Assembly: GCA_963704905.1 (NCBI GenBank)
Contig: CAVPHZ010000001.1
Coordinates: 323,438-387,437, forward strand
Length of the DNA: 64,000 bases
DNA from: Candidatus Chisholmbacteria bacterium
Lineage (GTDB): Bacteria > Patescibacteriota > Microgenomatia > UBA1400 > Chisholmbacteraceae
Direction: 5' to 3'
Under the pieces are notes generated by a model that was given only the letters and a program-made list of their open reading frames with translations, did not search any database and was not told the origin of the DNA. Below, one piece after another: positions 59,370-64,000 of the stretch. Position 1 is the stretch's first letter, and each line of letters begins with the position of its first letter. The position numbers and the translations under genes are program-made.

Positions 59370-60346
59370 AAGCGACAGCTTGGGCACCAGTAAATGTTGC
59401 ACTGATCAAGTATTGGGGAAAAGATGACCTACGGTTTCGTTTACCCTCAAACTCTAGTTTTTCCGTTTGCCTTAAGAGGCTAGGGACGCTGACAACTGTA
59501 GAATTCTCGCAAGATTTTATTAAGGATAAGGTAGGTATTGATGGATCTATCGCTGAAGAACGTGATCTCGATAGAGTTGTAGGACATGTTGATCATATGC
59601 GTAAGTTGAGAGGTGTTCAGTATCCCGTTCAAATTGAGTCGAAGAATAATTTTCCTATGAGTGTTGGTTTGTCTTCTTCAGCCTCGGGGTTTGCTGCGTT
59701 GAGCAAGGCAACTGATTCTGCTCTGGAATTGGGATTATCACCTCGCCAGTTATCTCGTATTGCACGCATGGGTTCGGGATCAGCTAGCAGAAGTGTTCCT
59801 GATGGTTGGGTTGAGTGGCGAGCTGGAACTTCTGATGTTTCTTCATATTCTGAGTCAATTTTTCCTGCCGATCATTGGGATTTACGTGTTTTGGTTATAT
59901 TACTCAGTCAAGATGAAAAACGGGTGAGTTCTACTGATGGACATGCAGCTGCTCAAACGAGTCCTTTTTTTAAAGTTAGAAAACGGGAGATTCGCAAGAA
60001 ATTGGTAAACATGAAGACGTTTGTTCAGGAGAGAAATTTTTCTCTATTTGGTGAGCTTTTGGAGGATGAAGCTCTGAACATGCATGCGGTGATGCTGACG
60101 AGTAAACCAAATTTAATTTATTGGTTGCCTGAGACAGTAAGAGTTATGCAAGCAATACAAGATTGGCGAGCTCAAGGTTTAGAGAGTTACTTTACGATTA
60201 ACACAGGGCAGAATGTGTTTGTGTTTTGTAAACCTAAAGATGAGAACCGATTAGTTAGAAAATTATCAAGGCTTGAAGGAGTAATTGAGATAAGGAGAGA
60301 TAGCATTGGGCGCGGGGCGAAAATTATAAAGAAGCATTTGTTTTAG
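59366..60346 (+). CDS. mvaD: diphosphomevalonate decarboxylase (MVD family)
   Basis: N-terminal AWAPVNVALIKYWGK and a GHMP-like SVGLSSSASGFAAL are typical of mevalonate diphosphate decarboxylase. Confidence 0.78.
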   Translation: MKATAWAPVNVALIKYWGKDDLRFRLPSNSSFSVCLKRLGTLTTVEFSQDFIKDKVGIDGSIAEERDLDRVVGHVDHMRKLRGVQYPVQIESKNNFPMSVGLSSSASGFAALSKATDSALELGLSPRQLSRIARMGSGSASRSVPDGWVEWRAGTSDVSSYSESIFPADHWDLRVLVILLSQDEKRVSSTDGHAAAQTSPFFKVRKREIRKKLVNMKTFVQERNFSLFGELLEDEALNMHAVMLTSKPNLIYWLPETVRVMQAIQDWRAQGLESYFTINTGQNVFVFCKPKDENRLVRKLSRLEGVIEIRRDSIGRGAKIIKKHLF

Positions 60347-60352
60347 AGCACT

Positions 60353-61066
60353 ATGACAATTGAAACTGAGAATTTACCCAAGCATATCGCAATCATCATG
60401 GACGGTAATCGGCGATGGGCGAGGAACAAGGGATTGCCGGCCGTGGCAGGACATGATTATGTGGCGGAAAAACTACTTGAACCTTTGGTTGACCGGTGCA
60501 TTGAGCTGGGAATACCGTTTATAACGTTCTGGGCATTTTCAACCGAGAATTGGCAGAGAAATCAGCGAGAAGTTAAAGGGATGATGCGGATATTCCGTAA
60601 AGGGTTAAAGCGGAATGCACGGCGGTTATTTGAGAAGGGTGCGCGGCTTACCATCATCGGAGATATTGAAAAGTTTCCAGAAGATATTTCCTTGCAAACG
60701 AAAGAGTGGGTTGAGAAGAGCAGAGAGAATAAGAATATTACCGTGAGTTTCGCTTTGAATTATGGTGGAAGAGATGAACTGCTTCGTGCTATTGCAAAGA
60801 TTGAAGCAGCAATTATTACTAATAAATTTTCAATTTCTAAATTGAATGAAAAAACGTTTGCTCAATACTTGGATACAGAGGGGATACCGGATCCTGACTT
60901 AATCATTCGCACCGGAGGAGAACAGCGACTTTCAGGGTTTATGAGCTGGCAGAGTGCTTATAGTGAGCTTTATTTTACTCAGACACTTATGCCTGACTTT
61001 GACGCGGAATGTCTTAGTGAAGCGGTTCAGTGGTATCAGCAGAGGAACCGACGGTTTGGCAGATAA
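60353..61066 (+). CDS. uppS: isoprenyl transferase (undecaprenyl-diphosphate synthase family)
   Basis: HIAIIMDGNRRWA...FSTENWQR...RTGGEQRLSGF is the cis-prenyltransferase signature. Confidence 0.9.
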   Translation: MTIETENLPKHIAIIMDGNRRWARNKGLPAVAGHDYVAEKLLEPLVDRCIELGIPFITFWAFSTENWQRNQREVKGMMRIFRKGLKRNARRLFEKGARLTIIGDIEKFPEDISLQTKEWVEKSRENKNITVSFALNYGGRDELLRAIAKIEAAIITNKFSISKLNEKTFAQYLDTEGIPDPDLIIRTGGEQRLSGFMSWQSAYSELYFTQTLMPDFDAECLSEAVQWYQQRNRRFGR

Positions 61067-61072
61067 TTGTGA

Positions 61073-61435
61073 TTATGGTGTGAATTGAAATCCAATTAAT
61101 ACTTCGACGAGTCTCCAAATCCAGAACGCAGCGAATATCAATATAAAGCCAACGAGCGATGCGGTGAGTCGTTTCTTCCCTTTTTCTAATCCTTCTGGAT
61201 TTCCTGCAGACATGAGGAGCTGATAACCAGAGACAATAATCATGAAGATCAGTATTACCCCAGCGATTGCAAATGCGTAGGTAGTGAGTCCTATTCCACT
61301 GCCGCTTCCGGTCAGTATTGTGCCTAGATTTGTAAGATCTCCGGTTCCGCTTCCGTACTCTGTGCCTCCAGGAGGTGAGGAACAGTACCAGCCACCTCCC
61401 CAGGGATAACAATAGGCTTGTGCAAGCAATTCCAT
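61073..61435 (-). CDS. T4SS pilin-like protein (second cluster, member A)
   Basis: Loop QLLMSAGNPEGLEKGKKRLTASLVGFILIFAAFWIW between two TM helices, related to the 48.8-51.8 kb paralogs. Confidence 0.45.
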   Translation of the reverse strand: MELLAQAYCYPWGGGWYCSSPPGGTEYGSGTGDLTNLGTILTGSGSGIGLTTYAFAIAGVILIFMIIVSGYQLLMSAGNPEGLEKGKKRLTASLVGFILIFAAFWIWRLVEVLIGFQFTP

Positions 61436-61444
61436 TATTTGGTT

Positions 61445-62239
61445 TTAAATAAATAAGTCTAGAAACTCTCTTGTAATGAGGTTGAGTATTAACCAGGCAA
61501 AAATCATTATAATCACACCGGTGATACCACGACTAAATACTTCTCTGCCGCGTTTAATCTGCTCGACATCACCCCGTGAAGTAAGCACGAAAAACGCACC
61601 TATCACCATGGTCAACAAGGCAACCCCTCCGATTGCTCCGACGAATAATCTTCGTACCCCAGCCAGGAAGTACAGCGGATGGGTGGGAAAGCATCCTAGA
61701 GCGGTGTCTAGGGGTGGATGATCAGTACAAAAGTCAGCCGTGAAATTAGAAGGCTGCCATGGAAGAGGGCAACTACACTCAGTTGGTTGCATTGGCTGTT
61801 CACAGCTGTTTCCGTTGTCGGTGTCAATGGTACAGCCCGCGTCTTCTGAGAGGTTGAGAGAAGAAAGTGAACACCAGGTTAATCCGATGGCGGTTCTCAG
61901 TCTTACCTTCAGAGATAAATTTTTATCCTGACATGATGGAATGACATGGTAGGTGGAGCAGGTGTACCAGAAGCCTGCTCCATCCTGAGCAGTGGCGTCG
62001 GTGCTGAAAGAGTGCCAGTTGTCGCAACTTCCTTCTCCCGAAGTATGGAGGCCATGTACTTGAAGCTCTTCCTCGGTTTCAAACTCACCTGCACAGAGAT
62101 CAAAACTCGATGAGGTGATGTTGAACGCTTCACAACGGGCTGCATAGATATTTTTTGTCGAAAATACGGTGGCAACTATCAGTATAAATAGGGTAATAGC
62201 GAATTTTCTTTTCATATTTCTTTTAACCATTGCATGCAA
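61445..62239 (-). CDS. chimeric protein: signal peptide, Cys-rich ectodomain and C-terminal pilin-like two-helix domain
   Basis: The N-terminal 190 aa have about 14 Cys (CEAFNITSSSFDLCAGE...CSCPLPW). The C-terminus LLTMVIGAFFVLTSRGDVEQIKRGREVFSRGITGVIIMIFAWLIL is pilin-like. Start may be the Met at 62215 (MKRKFAITLF). Confidence 0.45.
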   Translation of the reverse strand: MHAMVKRNMKRKFAITLFILIVATVFSTKNIYAARCEAFNITSSSFDLCAGEFETEEELQVHGLHTSGEGSCDNWHSFSTDATAQDGAGFWYTCSTYHVIPSCQDKNLSLKVRLRTAIGLTWCSLSSLNLSEDAGCTIDTDNGNSCEQPMQPTECSCPLPWQPSNFTADFCTDHPPLDTALGCFPTHPLYFLAGVRRLFVGAIGGVALLTMVIGAFFVLTSRGDVEQIKRGREVFSRGITGVIIMIFAWLILNLITREFLDLFI

Positions 62240-62421
62240 ACGGTGGTGATAATTATCACCATTCTAGCGGATTTATTTAAGGCATGTATCTATGAGTGTA
62301 ACAAAGCACGTTTACCTCCAGCAACTTAACGATTCCAGCGATTATCAAAAGATAAATAAACTTCGGCGAAGATCCAGATGATTTGTGGTAATGAAAAGGT
62401 TTTAACTCCCCATTCTTGTTC

Positions 62422-62808
62422 TCAGCTGGTGAACTGGTAGTAGCCGATGAGGACTTGGATGAGTTGAAAAATCCAGAATGCGGCAAATATGAGAATGAAA
62501 CCTACGAGCGAGGCAGTTAAGCGTTTTTTTCCAGTCTCTATCCCTTCTGGATTTCCTACAGAGGTGAGGAGTTGATAGCCAGAAGCAATGATCATGAGCA
62601 GTAAAATAAGGCCAGCGACTGCAAGGATATACGGCATGAGACTGCCAATCATTGCGCCTAGGCTGGAAAGATTCCCTATACTAAAACCATAACTTTGCGG
62701 ATTTGGGACGACCCGCCAGCTCCCAGCCCACGGTATTTGTAAATACATAAAAATCATCTTCTTACCCCTCCGATTGTTACTGCAGTATATTGAGCACGTC
62801 AACCCCAA
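62422..62808 (-). CDS. T4SS pilin-like protein (second cluster, member B)
   Basis: QLLTSVGNPEGIETGKKRLTASLVGFILIFAAFWIF, almost identical in its loop/TM2 to member A. Recent duplicate. Confidence 0.45.
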   Translation of the reverse strand: MGLTCSIYCSNNRRGKKMIFMYLQIPWAGSWRVVPNPQSYGFSIGNLSSLGAMIGSLMPYILAVAGLILLLMIIASGYQLLTSVGNPEGIETGKKRLTASLVGFILIFAAFWIFQLIQVLIGYYQFTS

Positions 62809-63500
62809 TCAATTCGAGCAGGAAGGTTGAGAAAATCAAAAACAATAAGCCAACTATTCCACCGGTCATGATCTCCTTTCCCCGCTTCATTCTTTCAGGC
62901 TGGCCCTGAGAAGTGAGCGTAAAGAAGGCGCCGATTATCATGATGAGAAGGGCGAGTCCTCCGCCTAATGCCAAGCAAGATGCCTCTGAAGGTGTTGAGA
63001 AATGAAATGGGGTGGGTGGGAATGCAGCCAACGGCGGTGTCAATGCTTGGATATTCGGTGATATAGGCAATACAATCATCGTATCCAGGTCCGGGGAGGC
63101 ACGTGTCGCATTCGGTGGGCAGGAAGGAGTCTACGCAGGTAGGGGAGGAGCTGAGGGGTCGACACAGCAGTCACTCCAAAATCCGCACCCACCATCGCCA
63201 TCGAAATTGCAGCGGAGCTGAGCAGGCTGGGGTAAACCACTCACAGGTGCCCGCAATGCCAGTACTTTCCCCAATGCACGCACCACCGGCGAGCGGTTCA
63301 CATTCGCAGGCTCTCAGATTGCAGGCAACTGATAGCGGAGCACACGCTACTGTGGGATCGGTGTCTGGGGGACAATTGCATAAACAACTGCCTGAATAAA
63401 ACTGGCAGACTCCGGGAACAGCAAATGTGTCTTTCGGCAACACTGCTGTGAATATTAGAAGCGTAAAGAGTATGAAAATCGAGGAAAGGTACTTTCTCAT
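62777..63500 (-). pseudogene. probable frameshift-split gene: Cys-rich secreted N-part (63171-63500) plus pilin-like C-part (62777-63079)
   Basis: 63171..63500 encodes a signal peptide plus Cys-rich module (CQFYSGSCLCNCPPDTDP...). 62777..63079, in a different frame, encodes a pilin-like domain (LLIMIIGAFFTLTSQGQPERMKRGKEIMTGGIVGLLFLIF). Together they mirror the intact chimeric architecture of 61445..62239. Confidence 0.4.
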
Positions 63501-63600
63501 TTAAGTTGAGTTTATCAGAAGGAGGTTCGTTGAGGCAACTCAATTCTTTCAGGAGGCTTGCATGTGTCGAAAATGTAGGAGAAGGTATAATGAGGGAGAG

Positions 63601-64000
63601 ATGGGAAGATTCAATTTTCGAGTTACACTTTTCAAGTTTGCGCTGATTAAGAAGTCGGCTTTGGTTTTTTGCCTGTTGCTTCTGCTGATCATTCCAGGAA
63701 GTTCGCCCATCTCTGCGGATGAGCTGATGGATATCCAGAAGCAGCTGGAAGATATAACGCGGGCGAGAGAATTGTCGGTGGCGGCGACGACACCACTTGA
63801 AGCGGAGGTGGATCGGCTGGAAGGGCAGATTACCAGTATCAGCAGACAGATTTCTGCTTATGAGCTCAAGCTGACCCAGCTTGAAGACGATATCTCCGTG
63901 CGGGAAGATGACTTGGCAATTCAGTTTGCTCTGCTGTCAGCACGGATACGCAGTTATTACAAACGGACGAAGCACCTCTCACCATTTCTTACTTTTTTCT
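63601..64000 (+). CDS. secreted coiled-coil protein, N-terminal part only (possibly peptidoglycan hydrolase/activator); truncated by window end
   Basis: Signal peptide (ALVFCLLLLLIIPGSS), then a heptad-rich segment (DELMDIQKQLEDITRARE...LEGQITSISRQISAYELKLTQLEDDI), as in the N-termini of M23/EnvC-like proteins. Confidence 0.35.
   Translation, partial: MGRFNFRVTLFKFALIKKSALVFCLLLLLIIPGSSPISADELMDIQKQLEDITRARELSVAATTPLEAEVDRLEGQITSISRQISAYELKLTQLEDDISVREDDLAIQFALLSARIRSYYKRTKHLSPFLTFF

Noticed and set aside
57511-60346. Alternative (archaeal) lower mevalonate pathway via isopentenyl phosphate kinase
   Set aside because: No amino-acid-kinase-family IPK gene is present. Two GHMP kinases plus an MVD-family decarboxylase fit the classical route, although the MVK and PMK assignments between the two kinases remain ambiguous.
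62245-62260. Calling the GGTGATAATTATCACC palindrome a Fur box
   Set aside because: It only partially resembles the 7-1-7 Fur consensus, and no fur gene or iron-uptake genes are in the window. Kept as an unassigned operator candidate instead.
63012-63399. Plus-strand ORFs 63012-63221 and 63103-63399
   Set aside because: They overlap the minus-strand Cys-rich/pilin locus. The minus-strand reading has signal-peptide and pilin-domain logic, and the plus-strand translations are low-complexity Gly/Ala/Ser noise.

Overview
This window is low-GC bacterial chromosomal DNA spanning the replication-origin neighbourhood. Recognisable core genes are pyrH (partial), a LemA/TPM pair, prolyl aminopeptidase, groES-groEL, tsaD, a ValRS-like tRNA synthetase with a T-box-like leader, rplY, rnhA, rpmH-rnpA-yidD-yidC-jag, dnaA and dnaN with DnaA-box clusters. 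Gene content and architecture (short YidC, many small secreted/Cys-rich hypotheticals, Wzx/Wzy-like surface glycan genes) are consistent with a reduced-genome Gram-positive-like or CPR/Patescibacteria-type organism. This is inference only, since no search could be run.

The most unusual content is a roughly 20 kb type-IV-secretion-like island (31.2-51.8 kb) directly after dnaN, transcribed convergently to it. It carries a VirB4-family ATPase, a 1114-aa polytopic protein with basic tandem repeats and a C-terminal M23 peptidase domain, a 1283-aa highly charged protein, a polytopic membrane protein, two large Cys/aromatic-rich secreted proteins and a tandem array of seven small two-helix pilin-like paralogs. 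No relaxase, coupling protein or integrase is evident.

Downstream is an ECF sigma/anti-sigma pair, then a complete mevalonate-pathway operon with an archaeal-type module (class I HMG-CoA reductase, HMG-CoA synthase, thiolase, DUF35-like OB-fold protein) plus idi, two GHMP kinases, MVD and uppS. A second cluster of pilin-like genes follows, including Cys-rich ectodomain/pilin chimeras, one apparently frameshifted.

No CRISPR array, rRNA, tRNA, transposase or integrase was recognised.
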